DNA from: Thermodesulfobium acidiphilum
GTDB taxonomy: Bacteria; Thermodesulfobiota; Thermodesulfobiia; Thermodesulfobiales; Thermodesulfobiaceae
Reading direction: 5' to 3'
NCBI RefSeq assembly: GCF_003057965.1
Contig: NZ_CP020921.1
Coordinates: forward strand, 1,476,916 to 1,540,915
DNA: 64,000 bases
Below are positions 29,439-38,339 of the stretch, piece by piece. Every line of letters starts with the position of its first letter. Within the stretch, counting starts at the first letter, position 1. The notes below the pieces were generated by a model. The model saw only the letters and a program-made list of their open reading frames with translations, did not search any database and was not told the DNA's origin. Made by a program: the position numbers and the translations under genes.

Positions 29439-30740
29439 ATGTTAAAAGGATTTTTTGGAAAGCTTTATAGGACGGGAGAACTTATTACTGAAGCAGCCAA
29501 AGCACAGGGGAAATGGCAACTTGAAACCAGCAATACAATCTTAATGAAGAGGAAGAAATTTTTATTCTTATTGTTTCTTCCTGTGATTGCAGGAGCAGCC
29601 ATGCAATATGCATTTGCAGCAGGACCAGCTTATATTGGAGGTGGGCATGCCTACATGCCTGCTGTAGCCACTACTCAGATGCTTCTTGGGATACTCGTAA
29701 TAGGTTTGTTATCCGGACTAATTACCGGCGTTATAGGGGCTGGTGGAGGATATGTACTAACCCCTGCGCTTATGACACTTGGAGTAAAGGGAATTATGGC
29801 GGTTGGAACAGATCAATTTGCAATTTTTGCAAATGCAATACTTGGAACAACTTTACACAAGAAATTAGGAAATGTAAATCTCTGGCTTGCAGTCTGGTTT
29901 GTAGTGGGATCTTTTGTAGGAGTAACAACAGGCGCAGCTATTAATAGGAGCATCTATGCACTAAGCCCAGCATTAAGCGATGCATTTATTTCTACAGTAT
30001 ACGTAATACTATTAGGAATACTCGGATTTTATTCAACTATGGACTATATAAAGTTAAGAAGAGGACAGAAAGATACGTCAAAAAAGGCAATTTTAGATGT
30101 CAGAACTAGTTTTTCACGCTGGCTTCAAAGCATACCTTTAAAGCCTAGAATAAAGTTTGACGATCATATATTTGAAGGTGGATTAAGCATATCTGTATAT
30201 CCTGTTATCATATGTGGCTTTACAGTTGGTTTTGTAGCAGCAATAATGGGAGTCGGCGGCGGATTCTTGACATTTCCTCTTTTTGTATATGGTTTAGGAG
30301 TTTCAACATTCACAACGGTAGGTACAGACATACTTCAAATAATTTTCACAACAGCATATTCTTCAATCTTTAATTATGCAATATATGGTTATATTTTCTA
30401 CAGTATAGCCATAACAATGCTTCTAGGATCTCTCATAGGTGTCCAAATAGGCGCTATGGTTACAACATTTGTAAAGGGTGCAACAATTAAGCTATTTTAT
30501 GCTCTTACTATTCTCGCAGGCTTTGTAAACAGACTTGCAGCTCTTCCACCAAGACTTTCAGACGCCAACATCATATCTATTAGCAAGGAAACATCAAATA
30601 TATTAACAATAGTTGGAACAGTTGTGTTCTTTGGTCTGGTAGCAGTATTTGGATTCTTTGTTTTATATACGTTCTTCACTAATGTCATAATTTCAAGAAA
30701 GTTGGCTAGAGAAGCTATTGAATCAAAGAAGATTTCTTAA
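29439..30740 (+). CDS. TauE/SafE family permease (long type)
   Basis: GAGGGYVLTPALM.LG.KGI.AVGTD, HKKLGNV and MGVGGGFLTFP..VY.LGVS..TTVGTD. Confidence 0.92.
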   Translation: MLKGFFGKLYRTGELITEAAKAQGKWQLETSNTILMKRKKFLFLLFLPVIAGAAMQYAFAAGPAYIGGGHAYMPAVATTQMLLGILVIGLLSGLITGVIGAGGGYVLTPALMTLGVKGIMAVGTDQFAIFANAILGTTLHKKLGNVNLWLAVWFVVGSFVGVTTGAAINRSIYALSPALSDAFISTVYVILLGILGFYSTMDYIKLRRGQKDTSKKAILDVRTSFSRWLQSIPLKPRIKFDDHIFEGGLSISVYPVIICGFTVGFVAAIMGVGGGFLTFPLFVYGLGVSTFTTVGTDILQIIFTTAYSSIFNYAIYGYIFYSIAITMLLGSLIGVQIGAMVTTFVKGATIKLFYALTILAGFVNRLAALPPRLSDANIISISKETSNILTIVGTVVFFGLVAVFGFFVLYTFFTNVIISRKLAREAIESKKIS

Positions 30741-30761
30741 GAATTAAAAATTAAGAAAGGA

Positions 30762-31556
30762 GTGAAAAAGATGTTATCTAATAGAAGAAAGTTTCAATTA
30801 GGACTTTTAGGAATAATAAGTTTTATGGCAATGTTAATAGTTTGGCTTAGTCCAGTTGCACCAGGGCACCTAACAGGACTTCAGTGGGCAGACCAATTTT
30901 TCAATGGACTCACAAAGGCATCAGCTTATCAGTTTCCAAAGGTCTTTAAGGAAAGCGAAAATTTTGTAGGTAAGCCATTCGTGCTTAATTATAAGGCAGC
31001 CAATGAAAGTGATGCAAAGATGCTTGAAAGGTTATATACATCATTTGGAGCAAAAGTTGACGCTCAAGGAACATCTTTAACAATTAGCGGAGATCTGGGA
31101 AAGGTTTCACAGGGGATACTTTCATACAGCGAAGACTTCTTTAATAACAGAAGAAAGGATATGACAAATGTACTAGGTTTTGATAGCAAAGACGGCTTGT
31201 ATGCAATATATTTATCACAAAAAGCTCTCGAAAAGTATTATTTAAGAAATAACCAGGCTGCAGAATTGAAGTTTGTAAGAGAAATTTTGGAAAGAGCAAT
31301 AGAACCAGCTTATAACTTTGACGGAATAGTGGCTGCTGGATCCCCAAAGCCTGTGGAAGGTGAATATGCGATTGGTGCACTTAGGCACTATCCAAGTATA
31401 GAACAAAGCCCTATCGGAGTTAGAGAAATGATAATTCTTACTGGACTAATAATATTCTATCTCCTATATACATGTTGGTATGGTTTTTCTCTAATGTACT
31501 TATTAGAAGGTGCTGGAATATCAAAGTTAAGCAAAAAGGCCAGAAAAGAAGCATAG
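30762..31556 (+). CDS. Membrane-anchored TauE-associated protein
   Basis: Two TM segments, GL..AD.FFN.L.K.SAY and EPAYNF.GI, Y..YT.WYGF....L.EG. This type follows long TauE genes in sulfate reducers. Confidence 0.7.
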   Translation: MKKMLSNRRKFQLGLLGIISFMAMLIVWLSPVAPGHLTGLQWADQFFNGLTKASAYQFPKVFKESENFVGKPFVLNYKAANESDAKMLERLYTSFGAKVDAQGTSLTISGDLGKVSQGILSYSEDFFNNRRKDMTNVLGFDSKDGLYAIYLSQKALEKYYLRNNQAAELKFVREILERAIEPAYNFDGIVAAGSPKPVEGEYAIGALRHYPSIEQSPIGVREMIILTGLIIFYLLYTCWYGFSLMYLLEGAGISKLSKKARKEA

Positions 31557-31624
31557 GCAATGCATATACAGAGGGCACATAAAATATGTGCCCTCTTAAA
31601 AATCTCATAAACGAGGTGATAAAA

Positions 31625-32044
31625 GTGAATCCAATCTTAATAATAATAAAAGATCTAAAAAACGATAAAAAAGTATTAAAGGGTGGACTTGAAAGAGCAA
31701 TTGAAGAAGGAAGGCCAGCAGTTATAGCCAAGATAATAGAAAGACCAGAACATCTTGGAGTATATAATCCAGAAGCTGAAGAATATCTAGTTCAAAAAGC
31801 ATGGCAAGAAGTCGATAAAGCAATTGAAGAAGGTGAGAAATTAGGAATTAACGTTTACGGAGTGATCAAAATAGGTCCATTAGAAGAGAAGATCAATGAA
31901 GTAGCAAAAGAAGTAAAAGCAAAGTTAATAGTAATTGGCCAGAAGAAAATAAGTGGCTTTAAAAAGTTGGTATTCGGGCATAGCAACAAAGAAGAAAATA
32001 ATTTCGAAGATACATGTCCAGTGTTACTCATTGGAAAAAAATAA
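31625..32044 (+). CDS. Universal stress protein
   Basis: IG...E.I..VA....A.LIVIG...SGFKKLVFG...CPVLLI. GTG at 31625 follows GAGGTG. Confidence 0.85.
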   Translation: MNPILIIIKDLKNDKKVLKGGLERAIEEGRPAVIAKIIERPEHLGVYNPEAEEYLVQKAWQEVDKAIEEGEKLGINVYGVIKIGPLEEKINEVAKEVKAKLIVIGQKKISGFKKLVFGHSNKEENNFEDTCPVLLIGKK

Positions 32045-32166
32045 ATACTCACTTTCTTTTATGTTAAAATTACTAAAAAAGTGGGGGTATTGTTGCCTTT
32101 AAAAATTATAAGATTTTAATTTTAAAATATTTAGTAAAAAATCCATACGCTATATTAATAATTAGC

Positions 32167-33057
32167 TTGATATTAGTATTTTTAGTTTTTTTATTGATCG
32201 TTATAAAAATAGATTTTAGCCTTCAGCCAACTTCATATATAAATTTTAGCGAAAAACTTCCAAACAATTATCTTGAACAGAATAAAACCAATCTTTTAAG
32301 GGTGGTGGTTTCATCCACCCTTGACCCTAAGGAAACGATACATATCTATCAGCCACTGCTTCAGTATATTTCAAAAAAAACTGGACTTCAATCGGTACTA
32401 ATTCAAAAAAGAACTAACTTTGAAATAAAAGACTTGTTCAATTCTAAAACAGTTGATATCGGGATAATAACCGCAAGCGCCTATGTGCTTGATCAGGATC
32501 AAATGGACATTTTAGCAATACCAGTAATTAACAATGATATAACCTTTTCATCTGTTATTGTTTCAAACAAAAATAATATAAGAACTTTTGAAGACTTAAA
32601 AGGAAAATCAATAGCTTTCACCGATATTGCATCGTTTTCAGGATACCTTATCCCTTTATTTTATTTAAAAGAAAACAATCTCGATATAAACTACTTTTCA
32701 GATCACATTTTTACATTCAATAGCTCTGATTCTATTCGAGCTCTTTTGGACGATATGGTTGATGCTGCAGCTTTAAATAGCAAATTTTTTAAAACATATA
32801 TAAGAGAAAATCCTGAAAAAACAAAAAATTTACACATTGTCTGGCAGTCTCCAATAAGAATTGGCAATCCCCCAATAGTAGCCAGAAAAAACATAGATCC
32901 AGTAATTGAAAAAAAAGTTAAAGATGCCCTGATAAACATGTCAAATGATCCCGAAGGGCAAAAGATTCTTAAAACTCTAGGATATGACAGATTCTCAAAA
33001 CCTCAGCCAAATCTATATTTACCTATAAAAATAATTATCAAAAAACTTGAACAATGA
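32167..33057 (+). CDS. PhnD/SsuA-type oxyanion-binding protein associated with a two-component system (start uncertain)
   Basis: Y.PL..Y.SKK.G, DLKGKSIAFTD..S.SGYL.P and PP.V.R motifs; overlaps the kinase start. Confidence 0.85.
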   Translation: MILVFLVFLLIVIKIDFSLQPTSYINFSEKLPNNYLEQNKTNLLRVVVSSTLDPKETIHIYQPLLQYISKKTGLQSVLIQKRTNFEIKDLFNSKTVDIGIITASAYVLDQDQMDILAIPVINNDITFSSVIVSNKNNIRTFEDLKGKSIAFTDIASFSGYLIPLFYLKENNLDINYFSDHIFTFNSSDSIRALLDDMVDAAALNSKFFKTYIRENPEKTKNLHIVWQSPIRIGNPPIVARKNIDPVIEKKVKDALINMSNDPEGQKILKTLGYDRFSKPQPNLYLPIKIIIKKLEQ

Positions 33058-34454
33058 GCTTAAAAACAAAAATTTTAATCATTAATATCTTTTCAATATT
33101 TATAATAACTTTAGGAATAGTTCTTGAAATAAAGTTTGTTCTGACTCAAAATCTTGAAGACAGATTAATTTTAAGAACTACCAATATGGCATCAATTCTT
33201 TCAGATAGTATTATAGAACCGCTATTATCTAATAATATTTATTTAACCCATCAAATTCTTACTCAATACAAAGAAAATAACTCAGAAATAAGTTATATAA
33301 GCATACTAAATAGCCAGAACGAAATACTCAGCAGCACTTTCACCAACGGCTTTCCAAAAGAACTTTATCATTTACAAACTAGTAAAACGGAAAACAATGT
33401 AGCAGTATTTTCTTGTGAAATGGGTAAATTTCTCGACGTTAAGTATCCAATTGCCGATGGATCTCTAGGGTATATTCACATTGGCGTTACAGAAAAAGAG
33501 GTAGAACAAAGAATACAAGAAATTTTAGAAAAAATTCTTTTTCTAAGTTTTTTTATTAATTTATTGGCATCACTTTTACTTTACAAACTTACCAACTCAA
33601 TAACTGATAACTTAAAAAAATTAACACTATACGCAAAAAACATAGCACTTGGAAATAAGGTTTTAGAACCTGTTATTAAAACCAATGACGAAGTAAGAGA
33701 TTTGTTCATATCATTTAAACACATGCTTAAAGCATTAGAAAGGTCTTCTAAAGAAGAAATACAACTAATTACAAAGTTAAAAGACGAAGAGCTCAAAAGA
33801 GAACTCTTGAAAAGGACTATGGAAACTCTTGAAAAGGAAAGAAAAAGACTTTCAATGGAAATTCACGATTCTGTTATGCAAAATCTTGCATCTATAAATA
33901 TAATGTTAAAAATATTTCAATCAAAGCTAGATCAAAAAGAAAAATTAGACCTGGATAATATACAAAAGCTAATAGAAACGACTATAGAAGAACTCAGAAA
34001 TATTGCGAATAATCTCAGACCTCCCCAGTTAGAAAAGTTGGGTCTAAAATCAAGCTTAGAATCGTTTTTTAATGAAACTGAAAAAAGACATAATTTAAAA
34101 GTAAACTTTGATTTCTCAATAAACGAAAAAGTGTTAGACTGGACTTGGTCGATCAATATCTATAGAATAATACAGGAAGCAATATCAAATATTGTTAAGC
34201 ACTCAGGCGCAAATAATGTTTTCGTTTCAATAAAAGAGGTAAACGATAAAATTGAGCTTGAAATAAAAGACGATGGGAAAGGATTTGATGTCGATGAAAC
34301 CCTAAGCAAAAAGTCAAATCATTTAGGAATAATAGATATGAAAGAGAGGACAAAGACTTATAAAGGAGAATTTTCTATAAACTCTATAAAAGGAGGTGGT
34401 ACAATTGTCAAAATCTTTTTCCCAATACCCAAAAACAATGATATTGGTCGATGA
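33054..34454 (+). CDS. Sensor histidine kinase (HAMP + HisKA_3)
   Basis: ERKRLSMEIHDS..Q.L, LRPP.L..LGL, YRIIQEA..NIVKHS.A and DDGKGF. Confidence 0.95.
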   Translation: MSLKTKILIINIFSIFIITLGIVLEIKFVLTQNLEDRLILRTTNMASILSDSIIEPLLSNNIYLTHQILTQYKENNSEISYISILNSQNEILSSTFTNGFPKELYHLQTSKTENNVAVFSCEMGKFLDVKYPIADGSLGYIHIGVTEKEVEQRIQEILEKILFLSFFINLLASLLLYKLTNSITDNLKKLTLYAKNIALGNKVLEPVIKTNDEVRDLFISFKHMLKALERSSKEEIQLITKLKDEELKRELLKRTMETLEKERKRLSMEIHDSVMQNLASINIMLKIFQSKLDQKEKLDLDNIQKLIETTIEELRNIANNLRPPQLEKLGLKSSLESFFNETEKRHNLKVNFDFSINEKVLDWTWSINIYRIIQEAISNIVKHSGANNVFVSIKEVNDKIELEIKDDGKGFDVDETLSKKSNHLGIIDMKERTKTYKGEFSINSIKGGGTIVKIFFPIPKNNDIGR

Positions 34455-35103
34455 TCACGCTATATTAAGGGCAGGTTTAAAAGCCCTAATTCAGGAACAT
34501 CAAGAAGAATTTAAGGTAATAGAAGAAGCATCAAATGGAACTGAAGCTATAGATAAAATAAAAAAAATAAAACCAGATATTGTTCTATTGGATATATCCT
34601 TACCAGATATAAGTGGATTAGATCTAATAGATTCAATAAAAAAATATTCTATAAATACTAAAATTCTTATATTAAGTATGTTTGAAGATGAAACTATGAT
34701 TGTTAAAGCCCTAAAAATGGGAGCAAATGGATTTATACCAAAAAGATTAGCATACGAAGAACTAATTGAAGCACTTAAAACAATATCAAAAGCAGAAGAC
34801 GTATATGTCCCATCATGCCTTGCCAAAACAGTTCTTAGAGGGATGCTAAATAAAGACAAGAAGACAAAGTTAAGCACGAGAGAAAGCCAGGTTTTAAGAT
34901 ATACTGCGCTAGGTTATGGAAACAAGGAAATGGCAAAAAAACTCAACCTTTCTGTCAAAACCATAGAAACATATAAACTTAGAATTTCAGAAAAAATAAA
35001 CGCTCAAAAAAAATCCGATCTTGTAAAATACGCTATCAAAGAAGGGCTTTTAAAAGAAGAAGAAGGAACAGGTATCTCAGATCAAGAAGAAACTTCAAAT
35101 TAA
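34405..35103 (+). CDS. NarL/LuxR family response regulator (start 34405 or 34438)
   Basis: LVDDHAILRAG, LLDISLPD.SG and LS.RE.QVL...A.G..NKE.A..L.LSVKTIETY. Confidence 0.95.
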   Translation: MSKSFSQYPKTMILVDDHAILRAGLKALIQEHQEEFKVIEEASNGTEAIDKIKKIKPDIVLLDISLPDISGLDLIDSIKKYSINTKILILSMFEDETMIVKALKMGANGFIPKRLAYEELIEALKTISKAEDVYVPSCLAKTVLRGMLNKDKKTKLSTRESQVLRYTALGYGNKEMAKKLNLSVKTIETYKLRISEKINAQKKSDLVKYAIKEGLLKEEEGTGISDQEETSN

Positions 35104-36342
35104 ATGCATTCAATAGAACAAGTAAATTTTATCAACGCTAAAATCGTTGTCTCTTTGTTGATTCTTTTATTTCTATTATTTGTCCTTTCAGTAGGAAAAT
35201 CCCCATATTTCAAAATAGACAGGGCTTCAAGCGCAATTATTGGTTCTTGTTTTGTCATAATTTTTAGAATTTTAAACTTTGATCAAGCAGTAAGTTCGGT
35301 AGACATACGAACAATAGTACTGTTATTTAATATGATGATTCTATCAGGAAGCTTAAAATTAGCGGGCTTTTTTCCAATGGCAGGTTTATTTCTTATTTCA
35401 AATGCAAAAAATAGGATTATTCTTTTATATCTAACTATCTTTATCACCGGATTTCTTTCTATGATTATAATTAACGATATCGTCTGTTTGTTATTCACTC
35501 CTATAATTATCTCAATATGTATTAGAACCAAAACATATCCTATACCATTTTTATTAGGAATAGCACTTGCATCTAATATAGGCAGCGCATGTTCTTTGAT
35601 CGGAAATCCTCAGAATATAATGATTGCAAATCTCTCAAAAATTTCATTCCTTCAATATTTTTCTAAAACTTTTTTATTAAGCATAATAGGTCTTTTTTTA
35701 ATATCGATATTACTGCACTTTCTCTATAAAGATAAACTACCAAAAGAATCTTTATCCATAAGGTATAAAAAGTTTGTTTTTCACAGGTATTTAGTTTACA
35801 AAAGTATTTCAGTCTTACTTTTCGTAATAATAGGCTTCCTGTTAAATATTAATCAGGTTGTAATTTCTAGTCTTGGGGTTGCTTTTTTAATGTTAACGAA
35901 AAGAATAAAATCAGAAAAACTTATTAAAGAAGTGGATTATAGTCTTCTTCTTACCTTTATCGGGCTCTTTATAGTAATCGGTGCAGTAGAAAAAAGTGGA
36001 ATCATAAATATAGTTATAAACAATTTAGGCTTTAAAATATTTGATAACATCTATCTTTTTGCTTTTCTAACAGCAATTTTATCAAATATCATTGGAAATG
36101 TGCCATCAGTAATGATACTACATTACTTTATACCAAGTGAAAATATCAATTATGGTTGGACAATTTTAGCTATGATTTCAACACTAGCTGGAAATTTAAC
36201 TTTTACAGGTTCAATAGCCAACATAATAGTAGCTGAAATCGCAAAAAAAAATAAAATTGAAATAAAATTTCTAGACTATCTAAAGATAGGCTTCCCTACC
36301 ACACTCTTATTAATTATTTTAAGCCTACTCACCTTAAAATAA
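35104..36342 (+). CDS. ArsB/NhaD (YbiR-like) anion permease
   Basis: DR..AI.G, ND..CL..TP, ASNIGS...IGNPQN and STLAGNLT..GSIANIIV.E. Confidence 0.9.
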   Translation: MHSIEQVNFINAKIVVSLLILLFLLFVLSVGKSPYFKIDRASSAIIGSCFVIIFRILNFDQAVSSVDIRTIVLLFNMMILSGSLKLAGFFPMAGLFLISNAKNRIILLYLTIFITGFLSMIIINDIVCLLFTPIIISICIRTKTYPIPFLLGIALASNIGSACSLIGNPQNIMIANLSKISFLQYFSKTFLLSIIGLFLISILLHFLYKDKLPKESLSIRYKKFVFHRYLVYKSISVLLFVIIGFLLNINQVVISSLGVAFLMLTKRIKSEKLIKEVDYSLLLTFIGLFIVIGAVEKSGIINIVINNLGFKIFDNIYLFAFLTAILSNIIGNVPSVMILHYFIPSENINYGWTILAMISTLAGNLTFTGSIANIIVAEIAKKNKIEIKFLDYLKIGFPTTLLLIILSLLTLK

Positions 36343-36789
36343 TTAAGTAAATAGCCTAAAGATGTCCAAAATTTTTCCAAACAGCAAAACGAATAAAATT
36401 GTGATAATTAATCTTCCAAAAAAAATAATTTCAAAGTTTGCCCCAATAGCAACAAATATAGCTGTATCCTCAATCATTGCATGAGACAAAACCAAAAAAA
36501 TATTTATTAAGACTATTTCTTTTGGACTTATAAGTCCTTTCTTTACTTCATCAAACATAGTTCCTGCACCATATATGAGACCAAAGATTATTCCAGCTGC
36601 CAAAGGAATTGCAGAATTTTTAGAAAAACCAAGATATTTAATAATTTTTGAAACACTATTACAAAACTTACCCCAAAACGAGCTTCTTTTAAAAATTTCA
36701 ATAAAAATCATGAGAGGTATAACTATCGTTGCTATGGTAAAAATAGTTCCAATCGATCCGAAAGCTGCTTCTTCTAGTATTTGTATCAT
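36343..36789 (-). CDS. Nucleoside recognition (Gate) domain membrane protein
   Basis: G..FGL.YGAG and HAMIEDT..F...GA motifs. Confidence 0.85.
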   Translation of the reverse strand: MIQILEEAAFGSIGTIFTIATIVIPLMIFIEIFKRSSFWGKFCNSVSKIIKYLGFSKNSAIPLAAGIIFGLIYGAGTMFDEVKKGLISPKEIVLINIFLVLSHAMIEDTAIFVAIGANFEIIFFGRLIITILFVLLFGKILDIFRLFT

Positions 36790-37217
36790 CTTAGCATTAT
36801 ATTAAGGCAAAAACCCGCAATAAAAGAAGTTAAAATTCTAAAAATAGTTATGAAAAAAGGGTTTATACCTATCTTTGAACAAATAACTCCTTCAAGAATA
36901 AGACTGTGAGCAATCAAGACCATTGTTGCAAGTATGGTGATCTCTCTAGGATTAAAAGTTAAACCCATTATTACTCCAACTGCAGAATATATGTTCAAAA
37001 TATAACCTGTAATCAGAACAAGTGAAGCCTCTCCTGGAAGACCGAAATATTTCATAAACGGAGAAAATAAGATATTTAAATAATATATAAAGGGAGTAGC
37101 CTTAAGAATTGTTACCACAAAAAAAACAGGAACAACTATTTTAACAAGATTAAAGGTCGTAATTAATCCTCTATTAAAACCAACCTTTACACCTTCTAGA
37201 AGATAACTTTTATCCAT
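36786..37217 (-). CDS. Nucleoside recognition (Gate) domain membrane protein
   Basis: P.M..FGLPGEA, N.YSA.G and HSL..E motifs; ATGA overlap with the downstream partner. Confidence 0.85.
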   Translation of the reverse strand: MDKSYLLEGVKVGFNRGLITTFNLVKIVVPVFFVVTILKATPFIYYLNILFSPFMKYFGLPGEASLVLITGYILNIYSAVGVIMGLTFNPREITILATMVLIAHSLILEGVICSKIGINPFFITIFRILTSFIAGFCLNIMLR

Positions 37218-37315
37218 GTATATAATTATATCAAACAAAACTCTTAAAACTCTTTACAGATTTTTTAAAATATATAATATTTTTATATATATTCATTAGA
37301 GTTTAAGGAGAAAAA

Positions 37316-37966
37316 ATGAACATAGTACATATTTTTTCAGGAGGATTAGATTCCACCACTCTTTTATACTATCTGCTAAATGAAGGTCACAAAGTCAAAA
37401 CAATAAGTTTTTTCTATGGGCAGAAACATAATAAGGAACTTGAATGCTCAAAAAATATTGCCAAAAAACTAAATATAGAAAATAAATTAATTGATCTAAG
37501 CGCTCTAAAAAATGTTTTTGGAAAAAGTTCTTTAACAAGTGAAATAGATGTGCCTGAAGGTCATTATAACGATATAAATATGAAATCTACAGTAGTCCCA
37601 AACAGAAATATGATTTTTTTATCAATTGCAATCTCTTATGCAATATCCTCAAACTTTGATGCAGTGTCTATAGGAGTTCATGCAGGAGATCATGCAATAT
37701 ATCCAGACTGCCGCCCTGTTTTTATAAACAGGATGAAAGAAGTTGCAAAAGTCTCAGACTACAACGAAATAGACATACTCACACCCTTTTTAGATTTCAA
37801 AAAATGCGAGATTGTAAAAATAGGTCTGGAACTAAAAGTTCCTTATGAAATGACATGGACATGTTATAGGGGAGAAGAAAAACCCTGTCTAAAATGCGGC
37901 GCATGTACAGAAAGGCTTGAAGCATTTAAACTAAATAATGTAAAAGATCCTCTACTTCTTATTTAA
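37316..37966 (+). CDS. queC: 7-cyano-7-deazaguanine synthase
   Basis: SGGLDSTT, YGQKH..E, VPNRN, YPDCR, TWTCY and C..CG.C..R. Confidence 0.97.
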   Translation: MNIVHIFSGGLDSTTLLYYLLNEGHKVKTISFFYGQKHNKELECSKNIAKKLNIENKLIDLSALKNVFGKSSLTSEIDVPEGHYNDINMKSTVVPNRNMIFLSIAISYAISSNFDAVSIGVHAGDHAIYPDCRPVFINRMKEVAKVSDYNEIDILTPFLDFKKCEIVKIGLELKVPYEMTWTCYRGEEKPCLKCGACTERLEAFKLNNVKDPLLLI

Positions 37967-38170
37967 TTCCTTTCTTGATTCCTCCACTACACGGTGGACG
38001 TCAGCCAAACATCAAGTACCCCTGGGATTGTTCAAATGACATGCACACTTACCTTCCTTCTTTTTGTTTACTATAAACTGCTCTATTCTAGAGATACCGT
38101 TGTTCTTTATCACGTCTTCTTTAATTTCATTATCAGTAAAACCAAAACAATAACAAATAGTTTGATTCAT
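37952..38170 (-). CDS. BFD-like/CopZ-type [2Fe-2S]-binding selenoprotein, 72 aa, Sec at codon 53 (TGA 38012-38014)
   Basis: Not in the ORF track. MNQTICYCFGFTDNEIKEDVIKNNGISRIEQFIVNKKKEGKCACHLNNPRGT-U-CLADVHRVVEESRKELNKK*. Matches the CYC...CxC...NPxGxCC pattern with UGA at the first Cys of CC, and a hairpin follows the UGA. Confidence 0.88.
37983..37998 (-). promoter_or_regulatory. Candidate bacterial SECIS element of the 72-aa selenoprotein
   Basis: On the minus strand, TCCAC-CGTGTA-GTGGA. The apical loop starts 18 nt after the UGA and has G at loop position 2. Confidence 0.65.
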
Positions 38171-38339
38171 AGTTCACCACTTTTCTAAAATATTACTATT
38201 TTTATTATAATATAAATATAATTATAAATAAATAGAAGGAGGTGTTGTCCATGTTAATTAGATGATTTACAAGAGAAACTTTAAATAGATACGTAGTTTA
38301 CGTATCACAATATACAAAATCAAGAAAAGGAGAGATATC

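Noticed and set aside
37239-37315. preQ1 riboswitch upstream of queC
   Set aside because: No recognisable preQ1 aptamer stem-loop with an A-rich tail.
37994-38188. 64-aa plus-strand ORF in the track
   Set aside because: It is the antisense shadow of the minus-strand selenoprotein, with no RBS or motif.
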